Of a DNA stretch of 64,000 bases, positions 1-63,304 are shown piece after piece. The stretch covers positions 186,001 to 250,000 of the forward strand of contig JAQGDQ010000043.1 of the NCBI GenBank assembly GCA_030141605.1, in the 5' to 3' direction. Each line of letters starts with the position of its first letter. Positions within the stretch are counted from its first letter, which is position 1. A model generated the notes under the pieces. It worked only from the letters and a program-made list of their open reading frames with translations, was not told the origin of the DNA and did no database searches. The position numbers were made by a program, and so were the translations under genes. Origin of the DNA: Tubiluchus corallicola (lineage: Eukaryota; Animalia; Priapulida).

Positions 1-2219
1 AATGATCAGTAAATTGTCTGCATATATACGTGATTAATTACGTGTGTTGTTAGCCGCGGTGTGCTGCTTAACTGTCTGTCAGTATGCCTAATCGCAGTAG
101 CAGTTCAAGATGTCTATCTTGACAGGCTGTGATAATATTTACAAGATGGATTGACAGCTTATATAGTGTTGTAATGTTTATACAGTTTTGAAACCTGGTT
201 TCACAAGATAATAAATACGCTGGCTGACAGCTTTAAAGTCGTCCTTACAACAGTACATTAATCGCAAAAAGCATAATAGCATTGATTTTTGCAAAAATAA
301 AGAAAAGTCAACGTTTGATAATATTGTATTAGTGACACATACAAAAATTGAAAGAAGTGATTACACTAAATTATTGCGCATTTGCAATATAGGTAATCTG
401 ACGAGCGCACTGATAATATTACGACAAAAATTCTAAAAACATAACCGCTACCTTGTTTTTGAGGTTAGTCGAATGAAGAGTAAAGCTTCAAAGAAATTTC
501 AACCAGACGATATACTAATCACTGACGACTGTAAAGATTTTAATTCATTACTGCTCTGCAGTCCGTTATTGTAAAATATTGTTATTTTTATTTCAAGAAG
601 ATCAAATTAAAAGATAAAAACAACAGCACGGCAATTGTGACATCTTTTTCTTTATCAGCTAGCGCTAGCGTATAGGAGACGCGAATTTTTTTGGCGAACT
701 GGAAACAAATCCTGATTTATGTATAACTGCAGAGAAGAAGACAGCAACATAAAGTAGGACCTACATCAGAACAAGCAGAGAGTATAAAGTACATCAGAAC
801 AAGCATATACAAAAACTGATTAATTATATCTGCAAAAGACTTGCAGCAGTAGAAAGAAAACCAAAACGGCAAAAGCAGATTCGAAGAAGTTAAAAACACT
901 GGAGATTCAGTAAAAACCTGAAATCTTAAATCGCAAAGCATTTATCGTCCATAAATTAATAAAATTAAAGTCCAATGATCTCAACACAGAAAGAGCGCTG
1001 CTAATGAGATCATATAACATAAAGCTTGAGATATAAAGTTGCATTGTTTGTTAAATTTGTTTGTTCAAATACGCTTTTTTGAAAAGGTAAATGGCGACGT
1101 TACACTGAAATTACAGAACAAATAAACAAACGATCAGCAAAAAATCATTGAAACACGGATAATTGGATACACGAGGACAGACTTAATAATTTCACTGGCT
1201 TCCCAGAAACTTCGTGTACAAAGGACACTCATTAGTTCATCATCCTCCGTTCGAGCGTATGCGCGAGGCCAGTTTGAACAAATCTGTATAATTGGCTTAA
1301 AATCGGTCCTGTGTCGTGGCATTCCAAACTGGTTCGCAGAAGAAAAGCTCAATAATTTTTTAGTTTTATTCAATAAAGCCAAAACTTACTAATCTTTTTT
1401 TACAGTGAGAAAGCAAAGGTGCACCGTGAGACCGCAAGAAATGAGTTAAATCGTGAGACACACAATAAAACCGTGTGAATTGAGAATATAGAGGTATAGC
1501 TGTAATGAGTTTCTGCCATTAAATTTTAACGTATAAACCCAAGTTTACGTAAACCAGTGGTTTTAAATTTTGTTATTTCTGTCTTTTATGTGTTTTGGTA
1601 GTTTTATTGCTATGCTACTATTCTTGTTAAAAACAGAAAAATCGTTGAAAATTTATCAGCAACTTAGCAATCGGAGATTTCTGACAACGATAAATTAATT
1701 TAAGTTCCACTTTTTGGATATAAGTAAGACATTGGATTTTAGATGGCACCACAAAATTTGCAATTACATTTCGCCTTATTTTAATTTGTTATAGGTTAGT
1801 CATAGAAGCATCTTTCATACCAGTAGTCAAGCGAATCCAGTTTAGGCCTGTGGATAGCAACTGATTAGAAGTTTACTATATGTGCAGCTATTACGCGCAT
1901 GACAGCGAGTCCCAACGCTGAACTCCCAGGATTTAAGCTGCATCCTGAGTGTATCAGTCTTAGCAACACGTGAGAAGCATTGCTAGTTGCTGGACGGCGT
2001 AAGGAACCAAATTAGTTTCCTGAATTCCGTCGAGCTTCTGGAATTTCGAATTAACAACTTTCGTCCGAAGCTTATTCGAATTTGCGAATTTTCCTTCAAA
2101 TTCAGTTAAAGCTGATATGAATCATTTAATTACTTCTTATTTACTACATCTGATTTAATAGTGATTTATTACTGTTAATTAGCCAGTGATTTTATTAGTA
2201 CCTGTGTAGTCATTTAATG

Positions 2220-2454
2220 CTGTTCAGTGTGAACGGAAATATGAACCAACTCACAGAAAGAAAAACTTCAAAACTCTCGGGAAGGAGCTAATTGCGTTTT
2301 AGCAGGTAATTTTCCGACCTAATTAGAGAGAGAAAGAGAGAAAGAGAGAGAGACAACACCGCGTTTCCACGTCCTCCAAGAACCTAATCGTCGAGCCAGA
2401 CCGTCTGTGAGAGCTAAATGAGAACAAAAGAATCATCTAGAAAACCGTGAGAAC
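2220..2454 (+). promoter_or_regulatory. Putative promoter/5'UTR of the GPCR with GAGA tract and uORF
   Basis: Inr-like TCAGTG near 2224, (GA)-rich tract at ~2325-2353, and uORF 2418..2450 directly upstream of exon 1. Confidence 0.3.
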
Positions 2455-52673
<50,219 letters not shown>

Positions 52674-55049
52674 ATCACACATGGTAAACCAGCTTCGTAG
52701 GAAAAGCTCAATAACATGATAATAAGTTGGTTAGTACATATCGGTATATCATGAAACATACGTGCTGCCGCTCATTGTTGCCAAATGGAAAACACAAGTT
52801 GGCCCATTTTAATATAAAAAACACAATTTATTCACTTTCATAAAAGTAACTAACATTTTTCCAGTACTTGCTATATATGTCCGTTTTATGTTTGGGGTTG
52901 AGGTTTGAACAAAAGATGATGGCCTACTAGTATTATTGAAAAATTACAATATTCTATTGCGGACAGAATAAAGAGATGATTCCATTTGAGATTTGAATCA
53001 GTTGTCAAAATGAAGCTTGGCGATAAAATCGGTGTAAATTTTGATAAAAACATCCAGGACAGTTATTTCTACTGGGATTTGTTCAAGCAAGACTTGGAAT
53101 TTCGACTTTTCGTTGGTTCTCCAGATTCAATAGGCCAGGGACATATTTTCTGGTAGACAGGTGAACAGCATTTGTGAACAGAAAAAAGTCCAGTGATGTA
53201 AGAAAATCAATCAAGCGTGTCGTGTTGCTGCAATCTTTCACACAATTTTGACCACTGTATAGTGTCTGTACGTGCATTTGTGTACTTATTGGGTACTGCT
53301 ATACACAACTTGTTTAATTTCTTCAGCATATTTGATGTATTTGACAGCTACATTATCTAGTGAACGAAAAATAGCTATTTTTGTGTATACTATGTGAATA
53401 ATAAGTTATTGTATTAATAGAATTATATTAATATTGGAGAAATAAAGACAAAGATATCTAGTTTTTCTGTTAAGTTCTTAAATCTATGCTTTGCGATTCT
53501 TTATATTTGTCTACATGGGATGTTATCTAGTTCTAGCAGTATTATCTTATAGGTTAGTTATTTAATGTCGTTGCAGAGAAATAATAGTAAAGAATAAACG
53601 ATTTTTAAATAAAAGATTCTGGATGTATAACGATGCAGAATTATGCAGGATTATAATCGAAGTAAGCTGTTTGCAAGCGTCACCTAGCGACAAGTTTATC
53701 ATTTAATTTACGTCAATAGAAAAATCGTTAAGTGTGACATGGCTATGAAATTTTCATTGGCAGTTTTGAGTTGTGAGTGTGTGCGAAAGCACGTTACGGT
53801 CATGGAAATGGAAAAAATCCTATTACTTGTGACTTCCATGGACTGTGACTGTGAAGCCTTACAGAACTGATAAGTAAATGCAGACACAGTGCTTTTTGTT
53901 GCTTAGTGATTAGTCGTATAGGTGTATCATGATTGCTCTTAGATTTACGTACTATTTTAATTTTATACAAACCATGCACATTTCCATTTCATTAATTTGT
54001 AGGTTTATCTATAAGTACGCCTCCATTATATTTATATTTATATGCATGTGCTTTAGATATGTAACTATAATTACATTCAAATCATACATTATTTACACAT
54101 TTATAATTTAAAAGATCATGATGACGGTGTTGCAATAAACTTTTGTTGGTTTTTAGGAGATTTGTATGCATGTTCAATCCTATTCTTTTATTCAAATTAG
54201 TTTTAAAGTTTCAAAACGCTATTACAGTTTTACTATTACAGTATTATCTTTCTTCACGTCTGAATACATATGCTCCTAAATTTTCTGGCTACCCCCATTT
54301 CAATTTCACGCCCTTCCTGTTGTTTTCTTATCTTTTCTCTTTTTGAAGTTTTTCGTTCTTCTGTTTTTCTTGTAGCTAGTAAAGTCGTGAATGTAAAAGA
54401 ATGTTGCTACGATGGGTTCCAGTGTGACATCAAATGCAAGGTGTGAGCCATTAAAAAATTTTTCTTTGCAAGTAAAGAATCAAAAATGAAGTAAATGAAA
54501 TTATTGGGTTTGTCACACTAGTAATAGCAGCACTATGAAATTCGACACCCATAATGACATATAAGTCCATTCGAGTTTGATCCATGTAGTCCACTTATAT
54601 AGTCCATCATGAGTCGGAAATAACTTTTGAGCCTTGACTTTCAATTGACTCAATTGACTCAGCTGACTCAACTTAACTCACGCTGGATCGCAAGCAAAAT
54701 GAGGCAACAACCAACCTGGACGTACTCGTAGTTGTGGATTATAGGCTACTTATTCAAGGACTGAAACTGAAGGTAAAAGGCTACAAAAATGGTTACAAAA
54801 ATGTTTCAAGAATAAATTACAGTTATCTAAGGAAGCAATTTTTCATACATTATTGGCAGAAAAGCCTTTAATTCAGTTTTTGTCTATTTAGATGCATTAC
54901 AATAGCAATAAATCGCCTTTTTATGCATTTAAAAATTTATGTGCTCGCGTTTCCGAAATACTACACTAATATTTATTACAGAAAAACAAATGTTAGATTA
55001 TTTTGTAAATTCATAGTAGATACCAGCTGCGTTAACAGTCATTCAACAT

Positions 55050-55170
55050 GTCACCAAGTCTGGCAGTAAGGTACGATACGAAAAAGTACCGTACTTCATA
55101 CTACTAAAAACACCGTTTTTATAGTATAGTACCTGGAAATTGAATCCTACCGTACCGTAATTCCGTAATA
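55050..55170. mobile_element. hAT/MITE-like terminus with accgtac subterminal repeats
   Basis: caagtctggcagtaa followed by repeated taccgtac motifs. Confidence 0.3.
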
Positions 55171-56068
55171 AAGTTCGTTTTGGTCAAGTGCATGTAGGAT
55201 CTGCTATATGGGTGACATAAAAATTAACTGTAAAAACGATTAATTAACCAATTTTACTTTAACAATTTTGTAGCACACACGATGAGTTAGCACGTAACTA
55301 GGCAAAAACACTAAGTTACCAGAATTTTGTACATTTTTTACTAAGTTATAATATAACATAATTGATATTTGCAATTTGTAAATTAAATTCAAGAAATATT
55401 AACGATAGGTATAATTAAGCATTGCATGTAGCAGATAAAAAAGTCCCAAATTACATTTTATGCAATCTTCTAAGCGCTCACACATTATCAGTCTCTACCC
55501 AATTGCCAACAAAAATTAATGCGAACTAAGTTAAGTATTATTAACGATTCTCAGTTACATATACTTATGATCATGTTAGTTTGTGAATACATTATACAAT
55601 AAAAAGTGTCCTTGAGTTGTATTATTGGTTTTGCCATTATATTACTTTAACATACGAAACAAAGCCCAACCCCAACAATTTAAACCAATTTATAACAATT
55701 TACCATAATTTATATTATTGTGTTGAAAATCATCAGCTTAAAAATGATTACTAATCAACGTTTTTTCATTATTTAAAAAATTCATGAACATCTATAACTC
55801 ATGCACTACTAGAAATATTTAAAAATAGGAATTTACGCATAATGTTTGTTCTGCATGAAAACTCCACTAAATGAAGGATATTATTATACTGTTAGACCGG
55901 GAAGAGATATGAAACATGAGACAAAAGACACATTATATGTGTTGATAAAATATCTGGTCTTTAATAAAATTAACAAAAGTTCCTTCCAAAACGGCAGTAT
56001 AATGCTGAACTACTGTGTCTTGCGTTAAAATGTGTCTTGCGCAATGGAGCTTCTTAAAATGTGGAAGC

Positions 56069-56358
<290 letters not shown>

Positions 56359-59300
56359 GTAGAGGGCAAGAAGAGTGAAATGTTGCCCATGAGAAGTTCA
56401 GAAGTCTCATCCTAATAACATTAGAGTTAATTATGTTTGCAATATGTATGATAAACACAGTTTCTAAAAGATTTCAAGTATAAAGTTTTATTGTTATCCA
56501 AGTTAGTGCTTAGGATTTCGAGGCAATAATTAAAGAAGGATCGTACCACTTAAATTCACATTTTCTTTATGTACTGAAGTCCCTGCTCTCCAGATGGCAG
56601 ACATGAGAAATAGTGATATCACTACCTTATAAGTGGCTAAAACTAACAATGAGCGTTTTTCTAAGTTGGTTTGTTAGTTAATAATAAGAAAGTAATTATG
56701 TAGTCTAAATGCGTGTAACTAAATAAGTGAGGAAGCATCAGCTTGCAGAATGTTGAACTGCATAAAAATTAATTGTCTCCCTCCCATTTTGAATAAAAGA
56801 CGGCACAAATCAAATGTGGCTACTAGCTAGGCAATAAAGTAAGCAAAAAGCACAAATAATTTAGTAATTTGGTTTTAATTAATGTATACTGTATAGCTTA
56901 ATCATTCTATCCCTAACGACCATTCAACCCGGGTGGCCAGTAGTCATCTAGCACAAGCCAATGTTCTTCGTCTCTGTACTGGAGCTGCCGTAGTCAACTG
57001 GAGCTGCGTTAAAAACCGACTCGGCTGTCAAAACATCTCTTCGCAATTCCAACATGTATAACATTTTGAGGAATACCAAAGTTTTCAAGATTGAATTTCG
57101 AAGTTAACTGTGTGTAAAGCAACTTCGTAGCTTCTGCTAGCGTGTTATAGTTAAAAAACTGCTTTCTAATGTCGTTTTACATTTTATTGAAATATTTATA
57201 GGACTGCATGTAACCGCCTAAGCTGAAATTCTTTATTGCTCCAATGTGGTCTATTAGGTGAATGAGAGTATTCGAGTGGACTTATGGCTATACTTTAATA
57301 TAACTTGTGGAAAATTCTGTGCTAGGGAAAAATATCTCTCCGATTGATGCGATCGTATCGTCAACCATTGCAAAGATCTGTATAAAGAAAATGTTTTTGG
57401 TAATAGCAGTGTGAGGTAGTTTGTGCTATGCCATATAAGGAGGCATAATAAAACATCTGGTTACCAAGGTTACCAAGTGTTTTTTAATTGCCTTTGGTAT
57501 TGCAAGACTTTAATACTGCCACGCTGGTGTGTTGATCTTTTCGCAGTTTTCACGTTAATTAGTGTCCAATACATCACAATTTTAATACAAAGCAGCAAAC
57601 ACATGACAAACACAAACCACAAACACCTATTAAGATGTTTTCTTATAGTGGGATCGTTAATATATCTTGTACTCTTCATCAAGTTTGGTATTCGAAAGAA
57701 ACCACGATGAACTAAGATGAAAACAAATCACTTGATAGTCAACATAGGAAAAGAAAACACAAAAATTGGTCACATCCTCCTATAGAGAGGTGTGGAAAAG
57801 GCGGTATGTGTGACATCTGTTGTATTGTTTGCTGGTAACTAACATCTTGCTCTGTTTTATGTTTAACAAGTTGCGTAACGATTTGTTTTGCTAATGGGTG
57901 GGCGACAACATGTTCTTTCCTAATTAGAGCACACGCAAACAAACGGCTAGATTGGTCCCCCATGTCTTACACCTATTCATGTAACACAACTGTTTTAACT
58001 GCTATTTCTGGTCATTGCAGAAGAATCACATCTCAAGCTATGCAGATTCTTTTTGAAACACGAGCACTTCAAGATCACTAGACGTTTGCTGTCCTATGCA
58101 AAACAGTATCGATTTAATAGCTGAATATCACCTGAGTTAAATGTTTGCTTTGCCGACAAAAAATTAGAGACGTACAAACTTAAAGCATTACCAGGTGCGG
58201 TCACAGCGTTTAATGACTATAGAAGTTATAATTGCTTTTGTTTATGCAAATACGTTACCTCCAGGTAAAGTTATCCAGCTTAAAGCAGTTACTTAGACTG
58301 TTACTTGAAGATGTTGAAGTGTGTGTTACATATTGTTATATGAGCTGCATACAACTTCTGGTATTAATTGTTGTTGTATTACGATCAGTAGGCTTAATAG
58401 GTAAGTACAGACGTTTTAGATAAAACACATTAAAGATGAATGAACATTAAAAATTTTCACTAGTAATCACGTAATTTAAGACAATGTTATTTTCAGATCT
58501 TCCCTACATAGAAAAATCGTAAACAAGTTCGTTTGACTCTTTTGATAGAAAAAACACGAAACAAATAAAAACAAGCAAACATACAAAGACATACTTGTAT
58601 AAGTATTATATAGACTAGCAAAATACTCGCAAAATATTTTGTTCATCAAAAAGAATTATAATCTTCAATGCATGTAATTTCACGTTGCTAAAACAGTCAT
58701 TTTATATGTAAGTATGACCACATTATTACAGATTCACAGCATGTTTTTTACATTTTTATAATTTTCATGTTTACAGATTAAAAAGGTATGATAACCAGTG
58801 TTACAATATGTTTTTGATGGTTTTCTAACTCATTTTTAAAAATACCCAACAATTTTCTTTTGGCCCGTAACATTTTTTACAGATTTACAGAATGTAAGTC
58901 CCGTTACATTTTTTTACAGATTTATACAATGCATATTCAGAATGCTATAGTATTGTTGTTTTTGATTTTTGGTAGGCCAATACTGACTGCAAATTGAACT
59001 TGTCTGCATATTTCAGTATACTCTTTCTTCAAGTTAGGATATAAGTGCCCCGAAAGTTTAGTGCGGTCAAAATTCAAAGTTTCGGTATGGTGTAATCATT
59101 AGCATTCCAGCCTGATCAACGTTATCCAGACTCGAAACTTAGGTTTGGACAAAATTTTTCCACCTTTCTAATTTATTTCACTTACTTGTGATTGTCATTC
59201 AGTTTGTGATGCATCTTTATGGGCTGTGGGCTGTGGTTACACTGTACCTGAGCAAAAAATTTCTGTATCTGAAAGTCAAAGTTTTTCTGTGGTGTAATGC

Positions 59301-59440
59301 TTAACACAGTTGTCTGCAATGCAGAAGATAAGTTTCGAGTCCAAAATGAGATTAAAAATCTTTCAGCCTCCCTAGTTCACTTTAGTCACGTACGGCTATC
59401 ATTAGTTTTATTCTTCTTAATTTTGCTACTCCTCATTTTG

Positions 59441-60650
59441 TTAATCATCTTTTTCTTCCTCTTCCTGCTGTTCTTCTTGTTGTTCCTCTTCCTGTTCCTC
59501 TTCTTGTTGTTCCTCTTCCTGTTCCTCTTCTTGTTGTTCCTCTTCCTGCTGTTCTTCTTGTTGTTCCTCTTCCTGTTGCTCTTCTTGTTGTTCTTCTTTT
59601 TCTTCCTCTTCCTGCTGTTCTTCCTGTTGTTCCTCTTCCTGCTGTTCTTCTTGTTGTTCCTCTTCCTGTTCCTTTTCTTGTTGTTCCTCTTCCTGTTGTT
59701 CTTCTTGTTGTTCCTCTTCCTGTTGTTCTTCTTGTTGTTCTTCTTGTTGTTCCTCTTCCTGTTGCTCTTCTTGTTGTTCCTCTTCCTGCTGTTCTTCTTG
59801 TTGTTCCTCTTCCTCCTGTTCCTCTTCTTCTTGTTCTTCCTCTTCTCCACCTGTGGGGTTATGAGTCATTGGATAGACTGGAGGACAAGGAGCACATGTT
59901 ACCACCCACCTCCAGCCACCTGGATATACACCTGGGACATCTTTTATGGTATATTTACATATATTTGGATGTCTGCATGTCTGATTTGTTCGTGGACGAT
60001 TGGTACAGTCCCAAGAATCTAAGGATCCCAAGTCATTCAGGGCGGTAGGATTTTTGATCCAGTCAATTACTTGTGAGACTGTTGTGAAAAATACGTCATT
60101 TAGTTGCAGAACCATCTCGATGAAGTCTTGCAGTCCTTCAATAGCATAAGGAGCATCAAAAAACCACATTGGACGTAGATGAATTGGAAATGGTGCTCGG
60201 CTGGTGCTATTATAATGGCGGTAGAAGTTTGTTAATAACAATTCCTTGACACCTTCTCTTGTTGGAGGAATGGCGCAGTTGTGAAGGGAGTTACAAAACC
60301 GCCCCTTTAAGTCGATGTAATCGACCATTGGAACTTCCCAAATTCCTGGAAAGCTGTTGGTGGGGCAGGGTTCGATTACGCACATGATACCGCTGTGGTA
60401 GTCGAGTGTATAAGGCCAAATTGGGGGATCGTTGAGTGTTGTTGGTAAAGAATTGTCCCACAAGAATCCATTTTCTAGCAACATGTGAAATTGTTCATTA
60501 CCTCCAGGTTGCAGATATGGTGCTCTCATGCCTTTAATATACTTAGGATCAATAAGGGCTAGGTTATCTATGATTGTTTTGTGATCAGCTATTTCATATT
60601 TCCACTCTTTCGCAGTGATCCATCGCCAGTATTCTACAGGAGTTCTATGA
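59441..60650 (-). CDS. CDA-like terminal exon: rest of CE4 domain and 134-aa E/Q tail
   Basis: cttttcag|T CAT AGA; long open frame (ORF track 59441..60691) through GMRAPYL...HNPTGG into (EEQQEEEQQ)n, stop TAA at 59441-59443. Confidence 0.9.
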
Positions 60651-60891
60651 CTGAAAAGAAATAACGAGTATGCACAATTAGCTAGCAACATTTCACTCTT
60701 CTTGCCATCTACCTCCTTTCTTTCTATATCTCTCTCTCCCTCTCTTTTACTCCGTTCTTTTGTCGTTTTGCTCCCTTTTTTATTTTTGCATTTGTTTTCG
60801 ATATTTTAAACGACGTTTTCGTGCGTTTTGTCCCTTCCCTCGTCCCTTCTTTCTCCTCTCTTTTCTCTGTCTTTCTCTTTCTGTCTCTCTC

Positions 60892-60982
<91 letters not shown>

Positions 60983-63304
60983 GTCTGTCTCGGCCGTATC
61001 TTTATATGCTCCACACTTACCTGATGCTTAATGTTGCAATTTCATGTCCTTTGTTAAACAAATGCTGCATCAGCTGATAACTAGTAAAGTCGTGAATGGA
61101 GAAGAAAGTTGCCATGATTGGACAACCATTTGGGTTCAGGTGTGGTATCAGCGCACGATTTGGTTGTACTTTGCTGAAGATTTGCCTATAAAAAGTTGGC
61201 ATTGGATACATACACTAATTAATACATTAAATTATTGTGCATTCAACAACATATGAATCTTTAATCAATGGTTACTTGCAAATGAGATTATATTTCTATC
61301 CATAAATTTACATAATAAATACACTAGAGTAAGCGAGATAATTCTGAATAATAAGAATGAGCACAATAATGTATTGTTTTAGCGATTTACAAAATGTCTA
61401 AAAACCTGAATAACTTTACTGTATTGGTTATTACTGTTATGTATTGGTTAACAGCAATGGCAGCAGCAGCACAAATCAACATTAACTTCAGCAGCAAAGT
61501 AGGCAAAACTAGAATAAATCGTAGATGTATTATTCACATTTTAAGAAATTAGAGCAGTGGCATCAAACCATTGTTCTCATTGCTATAAATGTTACTGTCA
61601 TCGTCGCTATAATGTCGTCAACGTTAAGGCAGCTATTAGTATCAGTACTGTCACTGCCATTAATAAAATTTTCCAAAAAAGTAGTACCTTCCCAAGTGCA
61701 GGTAATCCGTTACTCGAATTGCCCCTTCCCAGGTCATCGTGATCATCTGTGGAACTTCTTCCGGATCCAGGTTGCCTGGAATGTCAGTTCCCACACATCG
61801 GCAGTCAGGTGGCTGACAGTTGCTGTCGGTGCAATAATCAGCTAGCAGATATAAAATATTGATGAAGTTCCAGGACCAAGTATAACTGTATAAAATATAG
61901 CAGCTGCTTCAATAGCTACTCATCATCACCTGCATGGTCAGTATAGCGACAATGCAGGCAGCAACCAACTCCAAAATTTTATTAGATTTAAACTATAGAT
62001 TAGTCTATAGCAACAAGAATAGTGGCAGCAGCACAGGCGGCAACAATCACATCAAGGCCAATGGCAGCAAATCGTCTTTAGCAGCATAACAGGTTTGAGA
62101 TTAGACTAAATCGTATTTTAAGCAATTAGAGAGATGGCATCAACTATATTCGTCATTGTTGTCACCCCCATAACTGTCATCGTCGTCATCGCCTCAACGT
62201 CGTCAACGTCAAGGGCAGCTATTAGTATAACCTTTGTCAATGCTATCAATGTAGTTATAGGTAGTATAGTTATAGGTATAGTACAGCTGTTAGGCATCAG
62301 TTGTTATATGTAGTAAATTAGCAGAAGTAGTAATACAGTAAAAGGTGGTTACAATGGGATATGATTGAGCCCTTAATTTTCCATTCTTACACATTAACAT
62401 TTCTAACACCTACGTTTAAATCCATGTCGCAATGTGACATTAAAACAGACGAAGGATGGTTAAGCCAAATATTTTTAATGGAAATCATACAAAGACGACT
62501 TACTGCACTCCGCTTCGTCACTTCCGTCGCCGCAGTCATCATAACCGTCACAAAGTCTGATGAACTGTACACACAAGTTATTGTTGCACATGAAAGGACA
62601 CTCGTAATGGTCGTCTGTGTTACCTATAATGTCAACATCCCCAGGTTACACGCTGTAGTACCAGGCTTATGCATTGTTAAGAGAGCATACAACAATTGCA
62701 AAAAATACACGAAAGAGTCAGCTTCTAAGAATAAACTTATAATTATAAAAAAATCAGGGAAAACTTATTATTTGAAAAACTGTAAATCTAGATTTTATTA
62801 CAGAATTTGCAGCAAAAGTGAACTAAATGATGCACGCCTAGAGGAGTAAGTTGCTGGCTCAAATGTAACTGGTAACGTGTGGATATTTTTTTAAATCAAT
62901 CCTCGCATCATTTATCGAAAGAGAAATTCAGTAAAAGCCATAAATTTGAATTTTCAGTTGAAGACACATTTGCAAATTTTATTTGATTTTTAAAAATTCT
63001 AGCAGTTGTCAAATAAATAGTCCAGTTGTCTCACCTAGCGGCACGTGACCGCAAAGTTCATTCCTTGCAAATATTGGAAAGTCACATAGTCCATCATGTA
63101 AGTCACGCTGAGACCAGATTAGACCAGGCGGACATTCCGTTTTAACCGGCCAGCCTTCCAGACATATGTAAAAGGTGCTACAGTCGTCGGGATCGGGTGC
63201 AAAACTTGCATTTAGTCCACCCGGGTCGCAAGCTTCAATACTGGAGTTGGGAAAAAATAACCCGATGTCTCGTTTCATACGATTATTGTTTGTTGAAGGT
63301 GACG
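59441..63304 (-). CDS. Chitin deacetylase-like protein (CBM14/ChtBD2 + LDLa + CE4/NodB-like domain) with acidic E/Q tail; 5' end unresolved
   Basis: complement(join(59441..60650,61021..61185,61688..61841,62504..62623,63035..63304)); GT-AG introns with consistent phases (1,1,2,2). CBM14 CDPGG...[11 protein letters not shown]...CPPGLIW...CDF...C; LDLa [32 protein letters not shown]; CDA-family motifs [76 protein letters not shown]. Confidence 0.93.
59444..59845 (-). repeat. Coding tandem repeat (~27-nt unit, EEQQEEEQQ)
   Basis: Plus-strand unit ttgttgttcctcttcctgctgttcttc with variants; in frame with the CDA-like ORF, almost only GAA/GAG/CAA/CAG codons. Confidence 0.85.
60895..60990. repeat. 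(CT)n/(CTGT)n microsatellite in CDA-like intron
   Basis: Directly visible. Confidence 0.96.
61021..61185 (-). CDS. CDA-like exon: CE4 domain
   Basis: tttttatag|; [54 protein letters not shown](S); donor gtaagt. Confidence 0.93.
61450..62255. repeat. Diverged direct repeat (~200 bp) present in both introns flanking CDA-like exon 61688-61841
   Basis: 61450-61665 vs 62020-62255 share ...taaatcgta...ttttaagMaattagag...tggcatcaa...actgtcatcgtcg...gtcgtcaacgtYaaggcagctattagtat... Confidence 0.8.
61688..61841 (-). CDS. CDA-like exon: start of CE4 domain
   Basis: tctgctag|; [51 protein letters not shown](R); donor gtacta. Confidence 0.92.
62504..62623 (-). CDS. CDA-like exon: LDL-receptor class A domain
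   Basis: attatag|; [40 protein letters not shown]; donor gtaagt. Confidence 0.93.
63035..63304 (-). CDS. CDA-like exon: RMKR site and CBM14 chitin-binding domain
   Basis: Minus-strand acceptor ctaactaat...ctttgcag|CG; six-Cys peritrophin-A pattern; donor G|gtgaga. Confidence 0.9.

Noticed and set aside
2020-2105. Heat-shock element cluster (GAA/TTC-rich) upstream of the GPCR
   Set aside because: Spacing does not give three consecutive correctly phased nGAAn inverted units.
59297-60022. 241-aa F/L-rich 'membrane protein' on + and K/R/N-rich ORF on -
   Set aside because: Antisense and shifted-frame shadows of the E/Q tail of the CDA-like gene.
60651-60691. ORF-track start of the 416-aa CDA ORF ([13 protein letters not shown])
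   Set aside because: Non-ATG start inside an intron; the real exon begins at the AG acceptor at 60650.
62361-62849. 162-aa plus-strand ORF
   Set aside because: Antisense to the LDLa exon and flanking introns of the CDA-like gene; no independent homology.
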